A stretch of 39,926 nt of DNA from the NCBI GenBank assembly GCA_964573835.1, contig CAZNMV010000002.1:1-39926 (forward strand), written 5' to 3'. Below the pieces are notes generated by a model that saw only the letters and a list, made by a program, of their open reading frames with translations, ran no database searches and was not told where the DNA came from. Positions 17,774-26,476 of the stretch are shown one piece after another (positions within the stretch are counted from its first letter, which is position 1; each line of letters begins with the position of its first letter). The translations under genes were made by a program, and so were the position numbers. The stretch comes from an uncultured Aestuariivita sp. Its GTDB lineage: Bacteria; Pseudomonadota; Alphaproteobacteria; Rhodobacterales; Rhodobacteraceae.

Positions 17774-19047
17774 GAACACTTCTGACCAATGCCCGCCTGA
17801 TCGACCCCGAGGCACAGACCGACACGCCGGGCTGGCTGCGCATCGAAGCGGGCCGCATCCTTGCGATGGGCACGGGCGAGACCGCCGGCGGGGACGAAGA
17901 GGTGATCGAGTGCGCGGGCAAATGCCTTGCCCCCGGCATCGTCGATATCGGCGTGAAGGTCTGCGAGCCGGGCGAGCGGCACAAGGAAAGCTACCGTTCG
18001 GCCGGGCTGGCGGCGGCGGCGGGGGGTGTCACCACGATGGTCACCCGCCCCGACACCGCACCCGCCATCGACAGCCCCGAAGTGCTGGAATTCGTCACCC
18101 GCCGCGCGCGCGAGGCCTCGCCCGTTCATGTGCTGCACATGGCGGCGCTGACCAAGGGGCGCGAAGGCCGCGAGATGACCGAGATCGGGTTTCTCATGGA
18201 TGCAGGCGCCGTCGCCTTCACCGATTGCGACCGGGTGGTGGGTGACACCAAGGTGTTTTCGCGCGCACTGAGCTATGCGCGCTCGCTCGGCGCGCTGGTG
18301 ATCGCCCATCCGCAGGAACCGGGCCTGTCGGCGGGGGCCAGCGCCACCAGCGGCAAGTTTGCGTCCTTGCGCGGGCTGCCCGCGGTGACGCCCATGGCCG
18401 AACGCATGGGGCTCGACCGTGACATCGCGCTCGTCGAGATGACGGGCGCGCGCTACCACGCCGACCAGATCACCACGGCGCGCGCGCTGCCGGCACTCGC
18501 CCGCGCCAAGGCGAACGGCTTCGACATCACCGCGGGCGTGTCGGTCCATCACCTGACCTTGAACGAGTTCGACGTCTCGGATTACCGCACCTTCTTCAAG
18601 GTGAAGCCGCCCCTGCGGACCGAGGATGACCGCATGGCGGTGGTGGGCGCGGTGCGCGAGGGGCTGATCGACGTCATTTCGTCGATGCACACCCCGCAGG
18701 ACGAGGAATCAAAGCGCCTCCCCTTCGAGGAGGCCGCCGCCGGGGCGGTGGCGCTGGAAACGCTCCTGCCCGCGCTCATGCGGCTTTATCATGCCGAACA
18801 GCTGAGCCTGCCGGAAATCTTCCGCGCGGTCGCGCTCAACCCCGCGCGGCGGCTGGGGCGCGATTGCGGGCGGCTGTCGGCGGGGGCACCTGCGGATCTG
18901 GTTCTGTTCGATCCCGACGCGCCCTTCGTGCTCGACCGCGCGAAACTGCGGTCGAAGTCGAAGAACACCCCGTTTGACGGGGCGCGGATGCAGGGTAGGG
19001 TTCTGGCCACATGGGTGGATGGCCGCCCGGTCTATCGGAGAGAGTGA
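17770..19047 (+). CDS. pyrC: dihydroorotase-like protein, predicted non-catalytic (PyrC' type)
   Basis: The 425 aa protein from MRTLLTNARLIDPE has clear amidohydrolase/DHOase-like collinearity. However, the D-x-H-x-H position reads GIVDIGVKVCEPG and the SDHAPH position reads SSMHTPQ. The longer track ORF (from 17473) is a frame artefact. Confidence 0.8.
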   Translation: MRTLLTNARLIDPEAQTDTPGWLRIEAGRILAMGTGETAGGDEEVIECAGKCLAPGIVDIGVKVCEPGERHKESYRSAGLAAAAGGVTTMVTRPDTAPAIDSPEVLEFVTRRAREASPVHVLHMAALTKGREGREMTEIGFLMDAGAVAFTDCDRVVGDTKVFSRALSYARSLGALVIAHPQEPGLSAGASATSGKFASLRGLPAVTPMAERMGLDRDIALVEMTGARYHADQITTARALPALARAKANGFDITAGVSVHHLTLNEFDVSDYRTFFKVKPPLRTEDDRMAVVGAVREGLIDVISSMHTPQDEESKRLPFEEAAAGAVALETLLPALMRLYHAEQLSLPEIFRAVALNPARRLGRDCGRLSAGAPADLVLFDPDAPFVLDRAKLRSKSKNTPFDGARMQGRVLATWVDGRPVYRRE

Positions 19048-19652
19048 TGCCGGAAATCGTGTCGCCGCAGGACACGCTCATGTTGTGGGCTGCGGTGGGG
19101 TATCTGTTGGGGTCGATCCCCTTTGGTCTGGTGCTGGCGCGGGTGCTGAACCTCGGCGATCTGCGGCAGATCGGGTCGGGCAATATCGGTGCGACGAACG
19201 TGCTGCGCACCGGCAACAAGGCGGCGGCGGCGGCAACGCTGATCCTTGACGGGGCCAAGGGCGCAGCGGCGGTGCTGCTGGCGCGGGCCTTCGCGTCGGA
19301 TGACGCGGTGCAGGTGGCAGCGCTGGCCGCGTTTCTGGGGCACTGCTTTCCGGTCTGGCTGAGCTTCAAGGGCGGCAAGGGGGTGGCGACGTTTCTGGGC
19401 GTCTGGCTGGCCTATGCCTGGCCCGTGGGGCTTTTGTGCTGCGCGACATGGGCGGCGGCGGTGGCGCTGACGCGGGTGTCCTCGATCGGGGCGCTGATGG
19501 CGGCGTCGATGTCGACGATCTTCCTGTTCTATACCGGCAACGGGCAGTCGGTGGTGCTGGGCCTTGTGCTGACGCTGCTGGTCTTCCTGCGCCACGGGTC
19601 GAACATCGCGCGGATCAAGGCGGGGACCGAACCGAAGATCGGCCGCCGGTAG
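19047..19652 (+). CDS. plsY: glycerol-3-phosphate acyltransferase PlsY
   Basis: Carries the PlsY signatures GSIPFGLVLAR, GSGNIGATNVLRTG and FKGGKGVAT. The ATG at 19047 overlaps the pyrC' TGA. Confidence 0.9.
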   Translation: MPEIVSPQDTLMLWAAVGYLLGSIPFGLVLARVLNLGDLRQIGSGNIGATNVLRTGNKAAAAATLILDGAKGAAAVLLARAFASDDAVQVAALAAFLGHCFPVWLSFKGGKGVATFLGVWLAYAWPVGLLCCATWAAAVALTRVSSIGALMAASMSTIFLFYTGNGQSVVLGLVLTLLVFLRHGSNIARIKAGTEPKIGRR

Positions 19653-19780
19653 GGCCATTTTCGGACGCGGAAAACGGCCGGGATTTCGACGCGAAATCCC
19701 AGGCCCGGACGGAGAACCGCATCCCCACCGCAGGGTGCGTTTCCGCGTCGGAAACGCACCCGGAAAACGCGTCGTTTTCC
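19653..19780. repeat. cluster of four related palindromic stem-loops in the plsY/gshA convergent spacer (REP-like, possibly a bidirectional terminator or stabiliser)
   Basis: Read by hand, the four hairpins are as follows. H1 (19653..19679) has 10 of 12 bp and loop ACG. H2 (19680..19700) has a perfect 9 bp stem and loop ACG. H3 (19733..19761) has a perfect 13 bp stem and loop CGT. H4 (19762..19780) has a perfect 8 bp stem and loop CGT. All share a TTTC(C)G-ACG/CGT-CG(G)AAA-type centre. Confidence 0.6.
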
Positions 19781-19788
19781 GGGGCCGG

Positions 19789-21159
19789 TCAGTAGCTGTA
19801 TTCGGCGTAGATGCGGCTCAGATCGCCCTGCCAGTCGCCGTGATAATGGTCGAGCAGTTCGTCCGCCGGGGCCTTGCCGCTCTCGACGCTCTCCTGCAGG
19901 GCGGCAAGGAAATGCGTCTCGTCCGGCACCAGCCCGCCTGCCCCGGGCCGCGCGCGGGCCTTCAGCCCGGCATGGGCAATCGCCACCGCCTCGCGCGCGA
20001 GGTCATGGATCGCCACGTCGCCCACCCGGCCTGCAAGACCATCGACGCTGGCCGCGATGCGCAGGCCTTCGCGGGTCTCGGCATCGAGGCCCTTCACCAG
20101 GTCCCATGCGGCATCGAGCGCGCTCTGGTCATAGACCAGCCCCACCCAGAAGGCCGGCAGCGCGCAAAGCCGCCGCCACGGCCCGCCGTCGGCACCGCGC
20201 ATCTCGATGTATTTCTTCACGCGGGCTTCGGGGAAGACGGTGGTCAGGTGATCGGCCCAGTCCGACAGCGTCGGCGTCTCGCCCGGCAGGGCGGGCAGTT
20301 CACCGTTGAGGAAATCGCGGAAGGACTGGCCCAGCGCGTTGATGTAACGCCCGTCGCGGTAGACGAAATACATCGGCACATCGAGCGCGTATTGCACCCA
20401 GGCCTCGAACCCGAAGCCTTCGTCGAAGACGAAGGGCAGCATACCCGTGCGCGACTCATCCAGATGCCGCCAGACCCAGCCGCGCCAGGACTTGTGGCCG
20501 TTGGGCTTGCCCTCGAAGAAGGGCGAATTGCCGAAAAGCGCGTTCGCCACCGGCTGCAGCGCCAGCGCCACGCGCATCTTCTGCACCATGTCGGCCTCGG
20601 ACGAGAAGTCGAGGTTCACCTGCACCGTGCAGGTGCGCCGCATCATGACCTTCCCGGCCGTGCCCACCTTGTCCATGTAGGCATCCATCAGCTTGTAACG
20701 GCCCTTGGGCATGAGGGGCATTTCCTCATGCGACCAGACGGGTGCCGCGCCCAGCCCGATGAAGCCCGCGCCGATGCGGTCGGCGATGTCCTTCACCTCG
20801 CGCAGGTGGTCGTTCACCTCGTCGCAGGTCTGGTGGATCGTCTCGAGCGGCGCGCCCGAAAGTTCGAGCTGCCCGCCCGGTTCGAGGCTGATATTCGCCC
20901 CCTCCTTGGTCAGGCCGATGAGGTTGGCACCTTCCTTGACCGGGGCCCATCCATGGGCGTCGCGCAGCCCTTCGAGAATCGCGCGGATCGACCGCGGCCC
21001 GTCATAGGGCAGCGGCTTCAGCGTATCCTTGCAGTAGCCGAATTTCTCGTGCTCGGTCCCGATGCGCCAGTCTTCCTTCGGCTTGCAGCCCGAGGCGATG
21101 TATTCCGCAAGCTGTTCGTGCCGTTCGATCGGGCCGCCGCCGGACTGGGGGATCGACAT
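19789..21159 (-). CDS. gshA: glutamate--cysteine ligase (plant/alphaproteobacterial GCS2 type)
   Basis: A 456 aa ORF of the size and sequence style of the alphaproteobacterial/plant-type gamma-glutamylcysteine synthetase (RIGTEHEKFGY.., ISLEPGGQLELSGAP). A GGAGG Shine-Dalgarno lies upstream of the ATG at 21159. Confidence 0.85.
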   Translation of the reverse strand: MSIPQSGGGPIERHEQLAEYIASGCKPKEDWRIGTEHEKFGYCKDTLKPLPYDGPRSIRAILEGLRDAHGWAPVKEGANLIGLTKEGANISLEPGGQLELSGAPLETIHQTCDEVNDHLREVKDIADRIGAGFIGLGAAPVWSHEEMPLMPKGRYKLMDAYMDKVGTAGKVMMRRTCTVQVNLDFSSEADMVQKMRVALALQPVANALFGNSPFFEGKPNGHKSWRGWVWRHLDESRTGMLPFVFDEGFGFEAWVQYALDVPMYFVYRDGRYINALGQSFRDFLNGELPALPGETPTLSDWADHLTTVFPEARVKKYIEMRGADGGPWRRLCALPAFWVGLVYDQSALDAAWDLVKGLDAETREGLRIAASVDGLAGRVGDVAIHDLAREAVAIAHAGLKARARPGAGGLVPDETHFLAALQESVESGKAPADELLDHYHGDWQGDLSRIYAEYSY

Positions 21160-21219
21160 GGGTTAGGCCTCCGGGGCTGACTGGGTCGGCGCAAGTCCTG
21201 CGGCGAAACGGCAGGGGTG

Positions 21220-21744
21220 TCAATGCAGGGGCAGAGGTGTCGGCACCGTGCCCTCGCGCTGCCAGATCACGGTCCTGCCCCCGTGCGGGCGGCGCAATTC
21301 GCCGATCATCCGTTCGGTGCGCAGCCCGGGCAGGGCCGCGAAGGCGTCAAAGAGCGTCTCGGCCCCTTCGGCAGTCACGGGAATGTGCAGGGGTTCGCCC
21401 CCGGCCCGGTCGATCACCCAATGCGCGGGCAGGCCGGCCGACTCAAGGCTGAGGCGCAGCACATCGTCGAGCGCCACGACACCGCCGGTCAGCGGGCCGA
21501 AATAGGCGATCTGCCCTTCATCGACCGACACGATGCCCGGACCACCCGACCCGATGCGGAAGCGTGCCCGCTGCACGCCCACGACGGCCAGCGCCACCGC
21601 CGCCAGAAGGCACGCCGCGCCCAGCCCCACGACCAGCCCGCGCGAGGTCAGCCAGTAAAGCCCGAGCGCGGCCAGCGCGCCTGCCGCCAGCACCTCGCGC
21701 AGGCGCCACAGGGCGGCGCGCGCCTCGGGTCGCACGAAGCTCAT
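21220..21744 (-). CDS. hypothetical membrane protein
   Basis: A 174 aa protein from MSFVRPEARAALWRLREVLAAGALAALGLYWL.. with two predicted TM helices and then a soluble domain. Its ATG overlaps the rsmE stop (ATGA). The remainder of track ORF 21220..22551 is an artefact. Confidence 0.55.
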   Translation of the reverse strand: MSFVRPEARAALWRLREVLAAGALAALGLYWLTSRGLVVGLGAACLLAAVALAVVGVQRARFRIGSGGPGIVSVDEGQIAYFGPLTGGVVALDDVLRLSLESAGLPAHWVIDRAGGEPLHIPVTAEGAETLFDAFAALPGLRTERMIGELRRPHGGRTVIWQREGTVPTPLPLH

Positions 21745-22463
21745 CCCCAATCCCCCAGCGCCTGCTGCCAGAGCGTCATCGCCGCCACGGCGGCCGTGTC
21801 CGCGCGCAGGATGCGGGGGCCAAGGCTTATCACATGCACGAAGGGCAGCGCGTGAAGCCGCGCGCGCTCGGCCTGCGAAAAGCCCCCCTCGGGGCCGATC
21901 AGAATGGCCGAGGGGCCGCGCGGCGCATCGCCAAGGGCGCGGGCGGCGCCTGCCTCTGCCTCGTCGCAGAGCATCAGGCGGCGGTCTTCGGGCCAGTCCT
22001 TGAGAAGCGCGGAGAGCGATGTCAGGTCCGCCACCTCCGGCACGAAGGTGCCGCCGCATTGTTCCGCCGCCTCGACCGCATGGGCCTGCAGACGGTCCTG
22101 GCGGATACGCTCGGAATTGGTGAAGTCGGTCTGCACCGGCAGGATGCGGCGCGCGCCCATCTCGGCCGCCTTTTCCACGATGAAATCGGTGCGCGCCTTC
22201 TTGATCGGCGCGAAAAGCAGCCAGAGGTCGGGCGGCATCTGCAAGGGCCGCGACTGCGACAGGCAGGTCAGCTCGCCGCCGCGCTTGCCGGCCTGCGCCA
22301 CCCCGGCCTGCCATTCCCCGTCGCGCCCGTTGAAGAGCGCCACCCGGTCCCCCGGACCCAGCCGCATCACCGAAAAGAGATAATGCGCGCGGTCGCGGTC
22401 CAGAGGAACCGTTTGCCCCTGCCCCAGAGGCTGATCTACATAAAGCCGGATTTTCGCAGTCAT
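21741..22463 (-). CDS. rsmE: 16S rRNA (uracil1498-N3)-methyltransferase RsmE
   Basis: A 240 aa ORF with an RsmE-like N-terminus (RLYVDQPL..., HYLFSVMRL..GD) and a C-terminal SPOUT motif (ILIGPEGGFSQAE...SLGPRILRADTA). Confidence 0.85.
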   Translation of the reverse strand: MTAKIRLYVDQPLGQGQTVPLDRDRAHYLFSVMRLGPGDRVALFNGRDGEWQAGVAQAGKRGGELTCLSQSRPLQMPPDLWLLFAPIKKARTDFIVEKAAEMGARRILPVQTDFTNSERIRQDRLQAHAVEAAEQCGGTFVPEVADLTSLSALLKDWPEDRRLMLCDEAEAGAARALGDAPRGPSAILIGPEGGFSQAERARLHALPFVHVISLGPRILRADTAAVAAMTLWQQALGDWG

Positions 22464-22475
22464 GGGTCCCTAGAT

Positions 22476-23441
22476 ATGCAAGGCGACGCGCAGACGCCAG
22501 CCGGTCAGGTGGCCGATGCCCCGAAGGACAACTGGGTCGACCGCTGGGCACCGTCCGCGACCCGCCCCTATCTGCGGCTGAGCCGGGCAGACCGGCCCAT
22601 CGGCACCTGGCTTTTGCTGATCCCCTGCTGGTGGGGGCTGGCGCTTGCCATGTTGCACACGGGGCAGGCGGGATGGGGCGATGCGTGGATCGCGCTCGGC
22701 TGCGGGATCGGGGCGTTCCTGATGCGGGGGGCGGGCTGCACCTGGAACGACATCACCGATCGCGATTTCGACGGGCAGGTGGCGCGCACGCGGTCGCGGC
22801 CGATCCCGTCGGGGCAGGTCAGCGTGAAGGGTGCGGCGGTCTGGATGTGCGCGCAGGCGCTGGTGGCCTTCGGCATCCTGCTGACCTTCCACCCCACCGC
22901 GATCGCGCTGGGGATCGGATCGCTTGCGCTGGTCGCGGTCTATCCCTTCGCCAAGCGCTTCACCTGGTGGCCGCAGGTCTTTCTGGGCTTCGCCTTCAAC
23001 TGGGGCGCGCTTCTGGCCTGGGCGGCGCATACCGGATCGCTGCACCCGGCTGCGGGCCTTCTGTGGCTGGCGGGCATCGCCTGGACGCTCTTCTACGACA
23101 CGATCTATGCCCATCAGGACGCAGAGGACGACGCGCTGATCGGGGTGAAATCGACCGCGCGGCTGTTCGGCACAGCCTCGCCCCTGTGGCTGCGCCGGTT
23201 CCTTGTCGCCACCGTCACGCTGATGGCGCTGGCGGTGATCGCAGCGCTGGTGCCGCAGGGGACGAACCCGCTGGTGCTGATCGTGGCACTTTGCGGGCCT
23301 TGGGCGCTGGGCTGGCACCTCGCGTGGCAGCTGCGCCGCTTCGACGCCGAGAACGGCCCGCTCCTTCTGCGGCTGTTCCGGTCGAACCGGGATGCGGGGC
23401 TGATCGCGCTGGCGGCGTTCTGCGCGGCGATCCCGATCTGA
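22476..23441 (+). CDS. ubiA: 4-hydroxybenzoate polyprenyltransferase (UbiA)
   Basis: The 321 aa protein from MQGDAQTP contains the UbiA prenyltransferase motifs GCTWNDITDRDFD (NDxxDxxxD) and YDTIYAHQDAEDD. The upstream part of track ORF 21564..23441 is an artefact. Confidence 0.85.
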   Translation: MQGDAQTPAGQVADAPKDNWVDRWAPSATRPYLRLSRADRPIGTWLLLIPCWWGLALAMLHTGQAGWGDAWIALGCGIGAFLMRGAGCTWNDITDRDFDGQVARTRSRPIPSGQVSVKGAAVWMCAQALVAFGILLTFHPTAIALGIGSLALVAVYPFAKRFTWWPQVFLGFAFNWGALLAWAAHTGSLHPAAGLLWLAGIAWTLFYDTIYAHQDAEDDALIGVKSTARLFGTASPLWLRRFLVATVTLMALAVIAALVPQGTNPLVLIVALCGPWALGWHLAWQLRRFDAENGPLLLRLFRSNRDAGLIALAAFCAAIPI

Positions 23442-23510
23442 TTGCGCCCCGGTCGGTGAGCGCGTAACAACAGTCGCGAAGCCCCTGCAAGGACACCTCA
23501 CCTCTTGCCG

Positions 23511-25388
23511 ATGCGCCTGTCTCACATCCTGATCATCGCAGGCGTCTTCACCGCCGCCGCGATCCTGAGTCTGGTGGCGGCAAGCCTTTCGGCCCGCGTG
23601 ATCGAGGACAGTTCCGAAATCGCCGTGCGCCGGGTGCTGGACGAGGGGCAACTAGGCTGGGCCGAAGTGCAGGCCAACGGCCTGACCGTCGCGCTGAGCG
23701 GCACTGCCCCTTCGGAGGCGGCGCGGTTCCGCGCCGTGTCGACCGCGGGCACGGTGGTGGACGCGGCGCGGGTCATCGACGAGATGAACGTCGCCGCAAC
23801 CGACGCGATCCGCCCGCCGCGCTTTTCCGCCGAAATCCTGCGCAATGACGGGGGTATCACGATCATCGGGCTGATCCCGGCCACCAGCGACCGCGCAGCG
23901 CTGGTCGAGCGCCTGACCGGCATTGCCGGGGCAACGGGCATGACCGACCTGCTTGAGACGGCGGATTACCCAGTGCCCGAGGGCTGGGAAGATGCTCTGG
24001 CCTTTTCGGTCACCGCGCTCGACGCGCTGCCGCGGTCGAAAGTGTCGGTCGATGCGGGCCAGATCACCATCACGGCCATCGCCGACAGCACCGAGGAGAA
24101 GGCCGCTCTCGAAGCCGACCTGCGCCGCCGGGTGCCGCCGAGCCTGTCGATGACGCTCGACATCGCGGCGCCGCGGCCGGTGATCACGCCCTTCACGCTG
24201 CGCTTCGTGCTGGACGCCGAGGGCGCGCGCTTCGATTCCTGTTCGGCCCAGGACGACGCCGCGCGCGAGCGCATCCTTGGCGCGGCGCGCCTGGCAGGTC
24301 TGTCGAATGGCGGGCGCTGCGTGGTGGGGATGGGCGTGCCGTCGCCCCGCTGGGCCGCAGCGGCGGAAGAGGCCATCTCGGCAGTCGCCGCGCTGGGCGG
24401 CGGGTCGGTCACGTTTTCGGATGCCGACGTAACGCTGGTGGCGCAGGAGGGAACCGATCCGGGCCTCTTCGACCGGGTGGTGGGCGAATTGCAGACCGCG
24501 CTTCCCGAGGTCTTCGCGCTGCACGCGGTGCTCCCCCAGCCGGTCGACGCCGCGAGCGGGCCGCCGGTATTCACCGCGACGCTGAGCCCCGAAGGGCAGG
24601 TCCAGCTGCGTGGGCGGCTGGCCGACGAAACCATGCGCCAGCTTGCCGACAGCTATGCCAAGGCGCGCTTCGGGTCGGACCAGGTCTATACCGCTGCGCG
24701 GCTGGTGGATGGCCTGCCGCCCGACTGGACCGTGCGGATTCTGGCGGGGATCGAGGCGCTGAGCATGCTCGAGAACGGTCTGGTCACCGTCAGCCCCGAC
24801 AATATCCGCGTGCAGGGTCTGACCTTCGCCGAGGACACCCGCGCGGCAGTCGCGCAGCTTCTGTCGGAACAGCTGGGCGGGGCCGAGACCTTCGAGATCG
24901 AGATCGCCTATCGCGCGCCGCCGAAGGTCGAACCCGACACGCCCACGCCCGAGGCTTGCGAGACGGGCCTCGCCGCGATTCTGGCGGAGGGCAAGATCAC
25001 CTTCGAGCCGGGATCGGCCCGGATCGCGGCGACGTCGCTGGATACCGTCAACGCGATTGCCGAACTGCTGCGCGACTGCGGCGATCTGCGGCTGGAAATC
25101 CAGGGCCATACCGACAGCCAGGGCCGGGAAGAGATGAACCAGCAGCTGAGTCAGGCGCGCGCCGAATCGGTTCTGGCGGATTTGCGGGCGCGGCGTATCC
25201 TGACGGCGAACTTCACCGCGGTGGGCTATGGCGAAAGCCGCCCCATCGCCGACAACGGGACCGAGGAAGGCCGCGAGGCGAACCGCCGGATCGAATTCAA
25301 GCTGATCCCGGCGGACGCGGAAGCGCCCGAGGCGGATGCGCAGACCCCCGCCGAGGCCACGGAAGAACAGGACCCCGCGAATGAATAG
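23511..25388 (+). CDS. OmpA-family protein with an N-terminal TM anchor and multiple BON-like repeats
   Basis: The C-terminal OmpA/MotB peptidoglycan-binding domain reads [14 protein letters not shown]...[11 protein letters not shown]...[12 protein letters not shown]...[23 protein letters not shown]. It is preceded by about six G-x-hydrophobic-x..G repeats resembling BON domains. The track starts at TTG 23505, but I prefer the ATG at 23511. Confidence 0.8.
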   Translation: MRLSHILIIAGVFTAAAILSLVAASLSARVIEDSSEIAVRRVLDEGQLGWAEVQANGLTVALSGTAPSEAARFRAVSTAGTVVDAARVIDEMNVAATDAIRPPRFSAEILRNDGGITIIGLIPATSDRAALVERLTGIAGATGMTDLLETADYPVPEGWEDALAFSVTALDALPRSKVSVDAGQITITAIADSTEEKAALEADLRRRVPPSLSMTLDIAAPRPVITPFTLRFVLDAEGARFDSCSAQDDAARERILGAARLAGLSNGGRCVVGMGVPSPRWAAAAEEAISAVAALGGGSVTFSDADVTLVAQEGTDPGLFDRVVGELQTALPEVFALHAVLPQPVDAASGPPVFTATLSPEGQVQLRGRLADETMRQLADSYAKARFGSDQVYTAARLVDGLPPDWTVRILAGIEALSMLENGLVTVSPDNIRVQGLTFAEDTRAAVAQLLSEQLGGAETFEIEIAYRAPPKVEPDTPTPEACETGLAAILAEGKITFEPGSARIAATSLDTVNAIAELLRDCGDLRLEIQGHTDSQGREEMNQQLSQARAESVLADLRARRILTANFTAVGYGESRPIADNGTEEGREANRRIEFKLIPADAEAPEADAQTPAEATEEQDPANE

Positions 25389-25713
25389 ATCCGAATTCAT
25401 CGTCACCACCGCGATCATCCTGTTCGTGGCCTTCGCGCTGGGCTGGTTCGCCAACTGGCTGGTGCACCGGTTCACCCGTGTGGCGGCGGGCGACGTGGGC
25501 GAACTGGAGCGGATGAGCCAGGAACTGCACGAGGCGGAAGAGACCCGAGATCAGGCGATCACCTACCTGCAGCAGCGCGAGGCCGAGCTGACCAACCAGC
25601 TGAGCCAGTCCGAGGCGGAACTGACGGCCGCCATGGAGGGCCTGCGCGACGCACGGCGCGAGGCCGAGGAAATGCGTATCTATATCGAGCGCATCCGGCA
25701 GCATCAGGGCTGA
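25381..25713 (+). CDS. small membrane-anchored coiled-coil protein
   Basis: A 110 aa protein from [28 protein letters not shown], comprising one TM helix and a heptad-like acidic helix (ELERMSQELHEAEETRDQAITYLQQREAELTNQL..). Its ATG overlaps the last 8 nt of the OmpA-family gene. Confidence 0.55.
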   Translation: MNRSEFIVTTAIILFVAFALGWFANWLVHRFTRVAAGDVGELERMSQELHEAEETRDQAITYLQQREAELTNQLSQSEAELTAAMEGLRDARREAEEMRIYIERIRQHQG

Positions 25714-25781
25714 CAGGGGGCATCGTCCATTGTCCTCGGACCAATGGCGGACACTGGACAATCCCCTCGCGCCTTGCGGCG

Positions 25782-26225
25782 CTACCAGCGGGTCAGGGCG
25801 TCTTCGTCTTCGTCCTTCGCGGCGACCCAATCCGCCTGATCGGCGCGGTGTTCCTTCTTCCAGAAGGGCGCGCGGGACTTGAGGTAATCCATCAGGAATT
25901 CCGCCGCCTCAAAAGCGTCGCGGCGATGCGGCGCGGCGGTGGCGACCATCATGATCGGCGCGCCCGGAGCGAGGCGGCCGAAGCGGTGGATCACCAATAC
26001 GTCGCCGAGGGACCAGCGCGCGCATGCCTGCGCGGCGATGTCGGTCAGGGCGGCTTCGGTCATGCCGGGGTAATGTTCGATCTCCATCGCCTGCAGATCG
26101 CCTGCATCCGTGTCGCGCACGACGCCGGTGAAGGTGACGATCGCGCCCATGTCGCGGCGGCCCGCGGCGAAGGCGGCGGCCTCGGCGCCGAAGTCGAAGG
26201 GGGTGTCCTGCACGACGATGCGCAC
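25782..26225 (-). CDS. moaE: molybdopterin synthase catalytic subunit MoaE
   Basis: A 147 aa ORF with MoaE-like sequence (GAIVTFTGVVRD...IEHYPGM.., PFWKKE). It uses a GTG start at 26225. Confidence 0.85.
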   Translation of the reverse strand: MRIVVQDTPFDFGAEAAAFAAGRRDMGAIVTFTGVVRDTDAGDLQAMEIEHYPGMTEAALTDIAAQACARWSLGDVLVIHRFGRLAPGAPIMMVATAAPHRRDAFEAAEFLMDYLKSRAPFWKKEHRADQADWVAAKDEDEDALTRW

Positions 26226-26230
26226 CGCGG

Positions 26231-26476
26231 TCAGCCCCCCGTCATCGGCGGGAAGAAGGCGACCTCGCGCGCGTCCTTGAGCGACGCGTCGAAGCCGGTC
26301 AGCTTCTGGTCGACGGCGACGCGCAAGCCTGAGAGATCGGCGAAGGCGGCGGCATAGCGGTCTTCGCGTGCGCAGAGTTCCGCGACGAGATCGGCGACGG
26401 TTTCGGCCTGCGTCTCGACGCGTTCCTTCGGCAGGCCGATGCGTTCGCGGACCCAGGCGAAATAGAGAACGTCCAT
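26231..26476 (-). CDS. moaD: molybdopterin synthase sulfur carrier subunit MoaD
   Basis: An 81 aa protein, MDVLYFAWVRERIG...EVAFFPPMTGG, with the ubiquitin-like carrier C-terminal Gly-Gly. Its ATG overlaps the pgsA stop. Confidence 0.8.
   Translation of the reverse strand: MDVLYFAWVRERIGLPKERVETQAETVADLVAELCAREDRYAAAFADLSGLRVAVDQKLTGFDASLKDAREVAFFPPMTGG

Noticed and set aside
19735-21180. 481 aa plus-strand ORF opposite gshA.
   Set aside because: It is an antisense artefact. The minus-strand product is a full-length glutamate-cysteine ligase with a good ribosome-binding site.
21564-22475. N-terminal 300 or so codons of track ORF 21564..23441, fused to ubiA. Similar long N-terminal extensions occur in ORFs 17473..19047, 13811..14719, 21220..22551, 7397..8206, 26231..26578 and 38353..38901.
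   Set aside because: The extensions overlap well-supported genes on the other strand or frame and are compositionally junk. In each case I chose an internal start that gives a family-typical N-terminus and often a coupled start/stop overlap.
23652-25475. 607 aa minus-strand ORF opposite the OmpA-family gene.
   Set aside because: It is an antisense artefact (Arg/Gly/Pro-rich). The plus strand ends in a canonical OmpA peptidoglycan-binding domain.
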